Of a stretch of DNA of 41,282 bases, positions 34,558-41,282 are shown piece by piece; the stretch's first letter is position 1, and each line of letters opens with the position of its first letter. The stretch lies in the NCBI GenBank assembly GCA_002747875.1, contig PDQT01000216.1, positions 1-41,282 on the forward strand, written 5' to 3'. The notes below the pieces were generated by a model that searched no databases, had not been told where the DNA came from, and saw only the letters and a program-made list of their open reading frames with translations. The position numbers and the translations under genes are program-made. The stretch comes from a bacterium DOLZORAL124_64_63 (lineage in GTDB: Bacteria > Krumholzibacteriota > Krumholzibacteriia > LZORAL124-64-63).

Positions 34558-34590
34558 GTCGGAACAGATGGCCAGAAATTGGGCAGTTCC

Positions 34591-35001
34591 TCAGGAGACG
34601 GGACCGACCTTCTGGAAGGGCAGCTTGCCGCCCAGCAGATCCCGCAGCCCCTGGCCCGTGGGCCGGGCGGGTTCTCCGTTGCCGTGGGCCCGCTCGAATT
34701 GGGCCAGGCTTTCTTCCTTGAGGATGACCATGGATCCGTCATGGCGGTAGATATAGTGGACCCTGTCTCCCAGACGCAGAATCTGGATTTCCCGCTTCGG
34801 TCCCAGATGCCACACGGCCAGCAGGCCGGTGTTTCCGGAGGCCGTCCCGCCATGGAGCTTCTTGAGCAGCTTGAGGAACAGCAGCAGCAGCCCGAAGACG
34901 ATGGCCAGCCCCCCCACGGTCTGCCACCAGGAGCCTTGGGCGCCGAAGGTCTCGGCCGGCAGGGGGATGGCCGCTTGCGCCAGGAAGAAACCCGGCATCA
35001 C
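34591..35001 (-). CDS. fliO: Flagellar biosynthesis protein FliO (FliZ)
   Basis: 136 aa with a single TM (VGGLAIVFGLLLLFLKLL) followed by LAVWHLGPKREIQILRLGDRV. It lies between fliN and fliP. ATGA overlap with fliN. Confidence 0.8.
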   Translation of the reverse strand: MMPGFFLAQAAIPLPAETFGAQGSWWQTVGGLAIVFGLLLLFLKLLKKLHGGTASGNTGLLAVWHLGPKREIQILRLGDRVHYIYRHDGSMVILKEESLAQFERAHGNGEPARPTGQGLRDLLGGKLPFQKVGPVS

Positions 35002-35375
35002 AGCACCCTCTTGAGGCGTTCCACACGGTTCAGCAGCTTGGTGATGCGCACGGCGAAGTGATCATCCACCACCACCACTTCGCCGCTGGCCAGCAGGGCG
35101 CCGTTGACCAGGATGTCCACCGGCTCGGAAACCTGTCGGGAAAGCTCCACCACGCTGCCGTTGCTCAGGTTCAGCACGTCGCGGAACTTCAGGCGGGTGC
35201 GCCCCAGCTCCACCGTGATCTGCAGCCCCACATCCAGCAGCAGGTCCAGGTTGGCCGTATCCGGCACCTGTTCTCCGAGATCGGACAGGAGGGACGCCGA
35301 TTCCTCATCGCCCACGGGATTGTCCGCCGTGGCCAGGGTTCCGCCGGTCGCGTTCATTTTGATCTCGTCGGTCAT
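34998..35375 (-). CDS. fliN: Flagellar motor switch protein FliN
   Basis: C-terminal SpoA domain: LDVGLQITVELGRTRLKFRDVLNLSNGSVVELSRQVSEPVDILVNGALLASGEVVVVDDHFAVRI. Confidence 0.93.
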   Translation of the reverse strand: MTDEIKMNATGGTLATADNPVGDEESASLLSDLGEQVPDTANLDLLLDVGLQITVELGRTRLKFRDVLNLSNGSVVELSRQVSEPVDILVNGALLASGEVVVVDDHFAVRITKLLNRVERLKRVL

Positions 35376-35378
35376 GCT

Positions 35379-36410
35379 TCACTCCTTGTCCAGTTGCTGG
35401 ATCAGCTTGACGGCCCGATTCTGGCCGATGCGACCCGCTTCTGCCAGCCAGCTGGGTTGGCCCTCGATCTCCACCAACAGGGGAGCATCCATTCCCTGCG
35501 GCAGATGGATGATATCGCCCACCGCCATGTCCATGACGTCCTGCAGGGTGCAGCTCTTGGATGCCAGGTTGACGGTGACTTCGGTGGGGGTGCCCTGGAT
35601 CATGTCCAGGATGCGCCGCCGGTCGTCCTTCTTCTCGGTGGGGGTGCGCATCTCGACCGCCTCCTGGGGGTCGAAGATGTCCCGCACCGGATCGAAGGCC
35701 GACAGCGGGAAGCCCATTTCCATGATCCCCTCCACCGTATCCAGCTTGACCATGAATTTCAGGATGATCAGGGCGGTGCCGTCGGCCAGGCCGGAAAGGT
35801 AGTTGGGGTTGTTTTCCAGGTTCACGAAATCGGGCGTCACGTCCACCCACTTCTGGGCGGCCTTGCGGAAGATATCCATGAAACGGCCCACCAGGCCGGC
35901 GTTGATGCCGCGCTCTATCTCCGTGAATTCCCGCACGTTGTCTTCGGGGTCGACCATGCCGCCCATGAGCTTCTTGAGGAAGAGGAAGCTCAGCCCCAGG
36001 TCGATATGCACCAGGACATACCCCTTGAGGGGCGCCAGGGTGACCAAGGCGGCGCAGGTGGGGTTGGGCAGCTCTTCCATGTATTCCAGGTAGGTGCTCT
36101 GGCGCAGGCCCTGGAAGTCCACGGTGGTGGTCATGCGGAAGAGATTCGTGAAGTCGATGGTGCCGGTTTTGGCGTAGGCCTCCCCCACGGCATTCAGGTT
36201 CTGCTCGAAGTTCCGGTTGATGCTGTTGGGACGATGGAAATCGTACCGGCGCTGCTCGCCGGACAGGAGGTCCTCGTCGGCGGAATCGGCGTTCAGGACC
36301 TGGTCCAGATCCAGACCGTCGGCGCCGCCCACCAGATCCTCGGCCACGTCCAGGGCGGCGTCCAGATCCAGATCGTCCATGTTCCGGCTGTTCTTGTCGT
36401 CAGGTGACAC
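35379..36410 (-). CDS. fliM: Flagellar motor switch protein FliM
   Basis: 343 aa. Contains YDFHRPNSINRNFEQNLNAV..., a middle domain and a C-terminal SpoA-like region. GTG start with a GGAGG RBS. Confidence 0.93.
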   Translation of the reverse strand: MSPDDKNSRNMDDLDLDAALDVAEDLVGGADGLDLDQVLNADSADEDLLSGEQRRYDFHRPNSINRNFEQNLNAVGEAYAKTGTIDFTNLFRMTTTVDFQGLRQSTYLEYMEELPNPTCAALVTLAPLKGYVLVHIDLGLSFLFLKKLMGGMVDPEDNVREFTEIERGINAGLVGRFMDIFRKAAQKWVDVTPDFVNLENNPNYLSGLADGTALIILKFMVKLDTVEGIMEMGFPLSAFDPVRDIFDPQEAVEMRTPTEKKDDRRRILDMIQGTPTEVTVNLASKSCTLQDVMDMAVGDIIHLPQGMDAPLLVEIEGQPSWLAEAGRIGQNRAVKLIQQLDKE

Positions 36411-36428
36411 GAATGAGCCTCCGCTGCC

Positions 36429-36947
36429 CTACTGAACCACGAGATCCGAGAAATAGACGTTCATCAGGGTGCCTTCGGGCATCTTCTCGTCCAGGCGACG
36501 GAAGATTTCGTCACGCAGCCCCTTCTTGCCTTCGGGGGTGGATATCTGGGCGGCCGTCTTGTCCGAAAGCGTCATGATCACCAGATCCCGCAGCTGCGGC
36601 AACCGGGTGGCCACCACGTCGGCCACTATCTGGTTGGGAACCTCCACATTGATGTTGATGCGCAGGTACCGGGGCTGGGACGGGTTGGACACCAGGGTGA
36701 CGACGATGTCCTCCAGATTGACCAGAACCCCCATCTCGGGCATTTCCGGTTCCGCCACTTCCGTCTGGGCTGCGGCTTCCATGCCCGCGTTCTGCACGCC
36801 CAGCTTGGGAAGGATCAAAAACTGGGTCAGGCCGATGGCCAATCCCACCTGGACCACCACGATGATCCCCAGCAGGATGGCCTTGTTCTCGAAGATTCCG
36901 CCCTTCTTTTCCTCGGCGTTCTCCAGGGTTTCGTCGTTGTCCGCCAT
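36429..36947 (-). CDS. fliL: Flagellar basal-body-associated protein FliL
   Basis: 172 aa with an N-terminal TM and then PRYLRININVEV...LRDEIFRRL...VYFSDLVVQ. GAAGGAG RBS. Confidence 0.88.
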   Translation of the reverse strand: MADNDETLENAEEKKGGIFENKAILLGIIVVVQVGLAIGLTQFLILPKLGVQNAGMEAAAQTEVAEPEMPEMGVLVNLEDIVVTLVSNPSQPRYLRININVEVPNQIVADVVATRLPQLRDLVIMTLSDKTAAQISTPEGKKGLRDEIFRRLDEKMPEGTLMNVYFSDLVVQ

Positions 36948-36963
36948 GAATCCGCTCTCCTTC

Positions 36964-37812
36964 TCAGCGTTGTTGCGTGCCCGGCAACTGGCCCAGACGG
37001 CCGGTCACGGGGTTGATTATTGGCCGCACCGGACCGTTTTCTACCTCCTCGGGGGCGGGCCTGTCACCCACTTCCCCAACCTTTTCGAAGGGCACCGCGC
37101 CCGCCGCCGGCAGCTTGTTCTTTTCCAACTGCAGGAAAATCTCCACCCTGCGGTTCTTGGCGCGTCCTTCCGGGGTCTCGTTGGTGGCGATGGGCCGGTG
37201 CTCGCCGTAGCCCGTCGCCTCCAGCCTCTCGGGCGGCACGCCCAGACTTTGAAAGTATCGTGCCACGGTGACGGCCCGGGCCGCACTCAGTTCCCAGTTG
37301 GACGGATAACGCGCCGAATTGATGGGGATGCTGTCCGTATGCCCGTGAATCTTCACCTTGTAGGGGGCTTTCTGGAAGAAACCGGCCAGCTGCTCCAGGA
37401 CGGATCTGGGCTCGTTGCGCAGTTCGGCGCCGCCGCTGGTGAACAGGAATGGGGCGTTGATGCGGAAAAGGACCCCGTCCTCGGTCACCTCGATCTCCAC
37501 CTGGTCTTCCCAGTCGTTCTCCAGCAGCATCTTCTCCACGCTGCGGACTTCGTACAGGACCTCCGCGTCACGCTGCGGGTTGTGGTTGGGCATGATGGGC
37601 TCGTTGAACTCGATGACCGATTCGGGATCGGCCATCACGCCGAAGGCCTCCGAGAGGGAGGCCGCCGCCTGCTCGAATTTCGTTTCTTGCATGGAGGAGA
37701 AGGAGACGATCAGCACGAAGAAGGTCAGCAGCAGACTCATCATGTCCCCGTAGGTCATGACCCAGTCGTCCAACCCCTGCTTGATGATGATGTTCTTGCA
37801 CTTTTTGCCCAC
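36964..37812 (-). CDS. motB: Flagellar stator protein MotB (OmpA-like peptidoglycan-binding C-domain)
   Basis: DDWVMTYGDMMSLLLTFFVLIV plug/TM region, then HGHTDSIP...SNWELSAARA...GYGEHRPIA...NRRVEI. GTG 37812 with a GGGAGGA RBS is preferred over the track's GTG 37833. Confidence 0.9.
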   Translation of the reverse strand: MGKKCKNIIIKQGLDDWVMTYGDMMSLLLTFFVLIVSFSSMQETKFEQAAASLSEAFGVMADPESVIEFNEPIMPNHNPQRDAEVLYEVRSVEKMLLENDWEDQVEIEVTEDGVLFRINAPFLFTSGGAELRNEPRSVLEQLAGFFQKAPYKVKIHGHTDSIPINSARYPSNWELSAARAVTVARYFQSLGVPPERLEATGYGEHRPIATNETPEGRAKNRRVEIFLQLEKNKLPAAGAVPFEKVGEVGDRPAPEEVENGPVRPIINPVTGRLGQLPGTQQR

Positions 37813-37883
37813 GGCGGGTCCTCCCGGCGCCACCCCTTGGGGGCCATGACCGGCAGGTCAGGCCGAATCCCGCCGGCGCGGGA

Positions 37884-38666
37884 TCAGGCGGCTTTTTCCT
37901 TGGCCTCTTCAACCTTCGCCCGCACGGTGGGCGACAGGAACGACTTGAGTTTCTCTTCCACGATGCGGGGGCTGTCCCCGCTCTGGATGGCCATGATGCC
38001 TTCGATGATCATGTTCTTGATCATCATCTCTTCCTTGGAGCGTGTCTCCAGCTTGCCCTGCAAGGGGATGAAGACGGCGTTGGCCACCACCGCCCCGTAG
38101 AAGGTGGTGATCAGGGCGGTGGCCATGCCGGCGCCGATCTGGGTGGGGTCTTCCAGGCTGGAGAGCATGTTCACCAGGCCGATCAGGGTACCGATCATGC
38201 CGTAGGCCGGGGCGAAGGTGCCCCCCATGCCCAGGAGCTTGGCCCCGTCGGCGTGGCGGTTCTCGATCTGCTCCACGTCCGTTTCCAGGATCTTTTCCAG
38301 CAGCTGGGGGTCGGTGCCGTCCACGGCCAGGCGCAGCCCCTTGCGCAGGAAGGGATCCGTTTCGTTTTCACTGTCTTCTTCCAGGGCCAGCATGCCTTCA
38401 CGGCGGGCGCGCTCGGCGTACTTGACCATCTTGCCGATGACCTCGCCCGGCTCGTCCAGGGAGAACATGATCGTCTTCATGATGATCTTGCCCATGCCCA
38501 GGAAGTTGGCCAGGGGGAAGTTGATGAGCAGGGCGCCCAGGGTGCCGCCCAGCACGACGGCCACCGAGGGGATGTCGATGAATCCGCTGAGGCTGCCACC
38601 CAGGAGGATGGACCAGACGATCAGGCCGAAAGCTACGACGATGCCGACAATTGTTGCGATATCCAC
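37884..38666 (-). CDS. motA: Flagellar stator protein MotA
   Basis: 260 aa in the MotA/TolQ/ExbB family (GMIGTLIGLVNML...MATALITTFYGAVVAN). GTG start with a CAGGAGA RBS. Confidence 0.93.
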   Translation of the reverse strand: MDIATIVGIVVAFGLIVWSILLGGSLSGFIDIPSVAVVLGGTLGALLINFPLANFLGMGKIIMKTIMFSLDEPGEVIGKMVKYAERARREGMLALEEDSENETDPFLRKGLRLAVDGTDPQLLEKILETDVEQIENRHADGAKLLGMGGTFAPAYGMIGTLIGLVNMLSSLEDPTQIGAGMATALITTFYGAVVANAVFIPLQGKLETRSKEEMMIKNMIIEGIMAIQSGDSPRIVEEKLKSFLSPTVRAKVEEAKEKAA

Positions 38667-38708
38667 GCTAAGTCTCCTGGTTTCGCCGGCTCAGGTCCAT
38701 CCGCGGCG

Positions 38709-38933
38709 TCAACCTTCAAAAACCGATCCGGTCCCCCCGGTGGGGATCGGGTAGATTCTGGCGCGAGAGCGATAGTCCGTCGCCGCCCTGATCACATCGT
38801 CCAGATCTTCCAGCACCATGATCTTCCGGCCCGTGGTCAGGCTGATCAGCGTGTCGGGGGTGGACTCGATGAATTCGATCAGGTCCGCGTTGACCACCAG
38901 TTCGCTACCATTGAGTTTCGTGACTTTGATCAT
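38709..38933 (-). CDS. flbD: Flagellar protein FlbD
   Basis: 74 aa: MIKVTKLNGSELVVNADLIEFIESTPDTLISLTTGRKIMV.E....VI. AGGAG RBS. Confidence 0.88.
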   Translation of the reverse strand: MIKVTKLNGSELVVNADLIEFIESTPDTLISLTTGRKIMVLEDLDDVIRAATDYRSRARIYPIPTGGTGSVFEG

Positions 38934-38957
38934 GAACTTTAGCTCCTACCCGGATTG

Positions 38958-38984
38958 GGGGCGGCCCCGTCAGGAAGCCGCCCC
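38958..38984 (-). other. G+C-rich stem-loop in the flgE-flbD gap (8-bp stem, 11-nt loop, no U tract)
   Basis: GGGGCGGC (38958-38965) pairs with GCCGCCCC (38977-38984). Confidence 0.35.
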
Positions 38985-38999
38985 AGCGGTCATGCGCAC

Positions 39000-41012
39000 C
39001 TAGCGGACCAGGTTGACCAGCTCCTGCATGACCTGGTCGCTGGTGGTGATCACGCGGCTGTTGGCCTGGAAAGCGCGCTGGGCCACCACCAGTTTGGTGA
39101 ACTCCGTGGCCAGATCCACGTTGCTGGTTTCCAGGGCCCCGGTGACCAGGGTGGTGGAATTGTCCGCGCCGGCGAAGGTCTGCATCGCGTCGCCGGAGTT
39201 CCCGCTCAGGGTGTACGTGTTGTTGGCTTCCCGCGTCAGGCCTTCGGGGTTGCTGAAGGTGGCCAGGCCGATCTGAGCCAGGGTGCGCATGGTGTCGTTG
39301 CTGAAGACCCCGATGATGGTCCCCGTCTGGTCGATGTTGAAATCCACCAGAGTACCCGTGCCGTAGCCGTCGGCCACGGCCTGCAGGGTGCCGGAACCGG
39401 AGAACTGGGTCAGCCCCGTCAGGCTGCCGATTTCGCCGTAGTCCACCGCCACGGTCACCATGTCGGCCCCCTGGGTGCCGGCATTGTTGGGGTTGAAGGT
39501 GATTCCGGTGGCACCGGCATCGTAGGTGAAGGCGTTGATGCTGCCGTCGGTGTTGAAACTGACGGTGCCGCTGCCGCCGCTGGTGATCTGTTCGCCGCCG
39601 TCCATGCTGGCGGTCCAGCGCCAGGTGTTCAGGCCCGGTTCCTTCTCGAAGCCGAAGCTCATGGTGTGCTCGTTGCCCAGGCTGTCGTAGGTCACGGTGG
39701 ACATGGTGAAGGTCTGCTGATCGGTGGCGTTGCGGGTCGCGGTGAACTCGAAGGCGCCGGTGAGGATGTCGTTGTCCACGCCCTGCTCCGCCACGCTGAT
39801 GTTGCTGATGGCGGAACTCAGACCCGGTTCGCCGGTGATGCTGATCTGGCCCCGATCGTTGATCTCTCCCGCGGTGCTGGTGATGCCCATGTTGAAACGC
39901 AGCTGGTTCATGATGTCGTTAAGGGTGGTGGTGGCACCGGCGATGGTCAGGTTGGTGGTGTTGTTGGTGGTGCCCACGCTGCCGCTCAGGTCGAGCACTT
40001 CGCCGTCGGCCAGCCCCAGGCTGTTGCCGGCCGAGTCATACAGGGCCGTGGCCAGGGTGGTGGCGTCGGCGTAGGCGTAATTGGTTCCCCCGATCGCCGG
40101 TCCGGTCGTGTCGACGGTGCCGAAATTGAAATGGCTGTTGAACTCTCCGGCGCCGGTGACATTGAGGGACAGCCCCGCGATGCTGCCCGATCCGATGGTC
40201 ACATTCATGGCCCCGTTCGTGATGTTCACGGTGGAGGGCCCGAAGCCCTGGGCATCCAGCTCATTGGCCAAGGCGGTGGCCAGCTCATCCAGGGTCATGG
40301 TCGCGGTGACGGCGATCTGCAGAGAGGAAATGTTGGCCCCGCCGGCGTCCTGACCGCCGATGGAAATGGTGTCGCCCTCGTTCAGCCCCAGCGGGAGATT
40401 CACCAGGGTGTCCGCGCCCGCGGCCTGCCGCATGAAAGACCCGCTCTGCATGATGGTGCCCTGGGCGTCGCTGCCGCTGTCCAGGTTGCCGGTCAGGGCC
40501 ACGCTCCGGGTGGGCTCGGCGGCCGCCACCAGGCTGGGGTCGATCTGGATGTTCGTCAGCGCGCCGGTGCCCAGGACACCGTTCTCGTCGGCCATGATGC
40601 CCTGCACCCGTAGTCCCGTGCTGGGGCTGACCAGGGAGTTCTCGCTGTCCAGGCCAAAGATTCCGGCCCGTGTGTAGACGTTGCTGGTCCCATCGCTCAG
40701 GATGAAGAAGCCGGACCCCTGGATGGCCAGGTCGGTGGTCCGGCCGGTGGTCTGGAAGTTGCCTTGGTTGAAGTTGGTGTCGATGCTGCCGACGGAGGTG
40801 CCCAGACCGATCTGCTGGGCATTGGTGCCGCCCAACCCGCCGCCGACGGGGCGGCTGGCCGAGCGGATGGTCTGGGTCAGCATCTCGTTGAAGGTGACGC
40901 GGCCGCTTTTGAAACCCGTGGTGTTGCTGTTGGCGATGTTGTTCCCGATCACATCGAGGCTGGTCAGGTTGGCCGTCAGACCGCTGACACCACTGTACAG
41001 GGACTTGAACAT
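39000..41012 (-). CDS. flgE: Flagellar hook protein FlgE (long form, 670 aa)
   Basis: N-terminus MFKSLYSGVSGLTANLTSLDVIGNNIANSNTTGFK and C-terminus LVVAQRAFQANSRVITTSDQVMQELVNLVR. AGGAGGA RBS. Confidence 0.96.
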   Translation of the reverse strand: MFKSLYSGVSGLTANLTSLDVIGNNIANSNTTGFKSGRVTFNEMLTQTIRSASRPVGGGLGGTNAQQIGLGTSVGSIDTNFNQGNFQTTGRTTDLAIQGSGFFILSDGTSNVYTRAGIFGLDSENSLVSPSTGLRVQGIMADENGVLGTGALTNIQIDPSLVAAAEPTRSVALTGNLDSGSDAQGTIMQSGSFMRQAAGADTLVNLPLGLNEGDTISIGGQDAGGANISSLQIAVTATMTLDELATALANELDAQGFGPSTVNITNGAMNVTIGSGSIAGLSLNVTGAGEFNSHFNFGTVDTTGPAIGGTNYAYADATTLATALYDSAGNSLGLADGEVLDLSGSVGTTNNTTNLTIAGATTTLNDIMNQLRFNMGITSTAGEINDRGQISITGEPGLSSAISNISVAEQGVDNDILTGAFEFTATRNATDQQTFTMSTVTYDSLGNEHTMSFGFEKEPGLNTWRWTASMDGGEQITSGGSGTVSFNTDGSINAFTYDAGATGITFNPNNAGTQGADMVTVAVDYGEIGSLTGLTQFSGSGTLQAVADGYGTGTLVDFNIDQTGTIIGVFSNDTMRTLAQIGLATFSNPEGLTREANNTYTLSGNSGDAMQTFAGADNSTTLVTGALETSNVDLATEFTKLVVAQRAFQANSRVITTSDQVMQELVNLVR

Positions 41013-41061
41013 GGGTATCCTCCTGGATGATCATGGTGGCGGGCCCGGCCCGCCGGCCGCT

Positions 41062-41282
41062 TCAGCTGACTTTGTAAATTTCCGAGACGTAGTATTCGAA
41101 TCCGCCCACCTGGACGACCGCCACGCCGTTATCGTACCTGAGCCCTTCCACCGGTCCGGTTTGCAGGACTTCGCATGGCACATCGAGGTCGTTGTTCGTC
41201 ACCGTGACGTTCAGTGAGTATTCGCCGTCCTCCAGGGGACTGCCGTCGCCGTCCAGACCGTCCCAGGTGATATCGTTCAGGC
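41062..41282 (-). CDS. flgD: Flagellar hook-assembly (capping) protein FlgD, C-terminal 73 aa; 5' end is outside the window
   Basis: Absent from the ORF track because it is edge-truncated. Hand translation gives ...LNDITWDGLDGDGSPLEDGEYSLNVTVTNNDLDVPCEVLQTGPVEGLRYDNGVAVVQVGGFEYYVSEIYKVS*. This looks like a FlgD Ig-like domain, and the gene sits directly upstream of flgE. Confidence 0.8.
   Translation of the reverse strand, partial: LNDITWDGLDGDGSPLEDGEYSLNVTVTNNDLDVPCEVLQTGPVEGLRYDNGVAVVQVGGFEYYVSEIYKVS

Noticed and set aside
35379-36410. Suspected loss of the N-terminal CheY-P binding peptide (LSQxEIDALL) in FliM.
   Set aside because: On closer reading, MDDLDLDAALD near the N-terminus is a plausible diverged version (D-L-D-A-A-L against E-I-D-A-L-L), so I cannot claim it is absent.
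1-41282. Scan for CRISPR arrays, tRNA/rRNA genes, transposases/integrases, prophage or defence-system genes.
   Set aside because: No regularly spaced direct repeats, cloverleaf-sized conserved intergenic segments or recognisable mobile-element or defence-protein motifs were found. Intergenic space is minimal except at 19.06-19.27, 23.84-24.13 and 34.39-34.59 kb, which are described above.

Overview
High-G+C bacterial chromosomal window (roughly two-thirds G+C by eye, not computed). Only one gene is on the plus strand; everything else is on the minus strand. All family calls come from motifs I recognise in the translations, since no database search was possible. In the supplied ORF track a leading M can be GTG or TTG (checked by hand for topA, flhA, motA, fliM and others). 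Many long ORFs are antisense or upstream-extension artefacts of the high G+C. Two edge-truncated genes (trmFO, flgD) are missing from the track and were translated by hand.

Layout:
- 1-19 kb, housekeeping and envelope run: trmFO (partial), topA, smg, secA, Slt-type lytic transglycosylase, M6 metalloprotease with a T9SS-type C-terminal sorting domain, purH, purC, comEC, GGDEF cyclase.
- 19-26.9 kb: AT-rich divergent promoter island, MltD-like LysM lipoprotein (plus strand), bidirectional terminator, FadL/PorV-like outer-membrane barrel, sigma-54-dependent activator with a degenerate receiver domain, a 300-nt leader with a 14-bp palindrome and a 12-nt inverted repeat, two tandem HDOD paralogues, two unassignable small ORFs.
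- 26.9-41.3 kb, fla-type flagellar super-operon: flgD (partial), flgE, flbD, motA, motB, fliL, fliM, fliN, fliO, fliP, fliQ, fliR, flhB, flhA, flhF, orf79, fliA.

Most interesting observations:
1. The FlhF homologue keeps its fold-level collinearity but has lost the G1, G3 and G4 GTPase motifs. No flhG (MinD-like ATPase) is present; a translationally coupled 79-aa two-TM ORF sits in its place.
2. FliA carries a ~68-aa C-terminal extension that ends in a hydrophobic helix.
3. Two near-consensus sigma-54 (-24/-12) promoters lie inside the cluster, upstream of fliP and of fliA. The fliP one follows a terminator-like hairpin in an unusually long fliO-fliP gap.
4. An uncharacterised tail (orf113 with a poly-Arg tract, orf148 single-pass membrane protein, two HDOD genes) is appended to the operon.

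No CRISPR arrays, tRNA/rRNA genes or mobile elements were seen. T9SS-type cargo, a PorV-like barrel and a fla-type flagellar operon together hint at an uncultured FCB-related or similar lineage; this is inference only.
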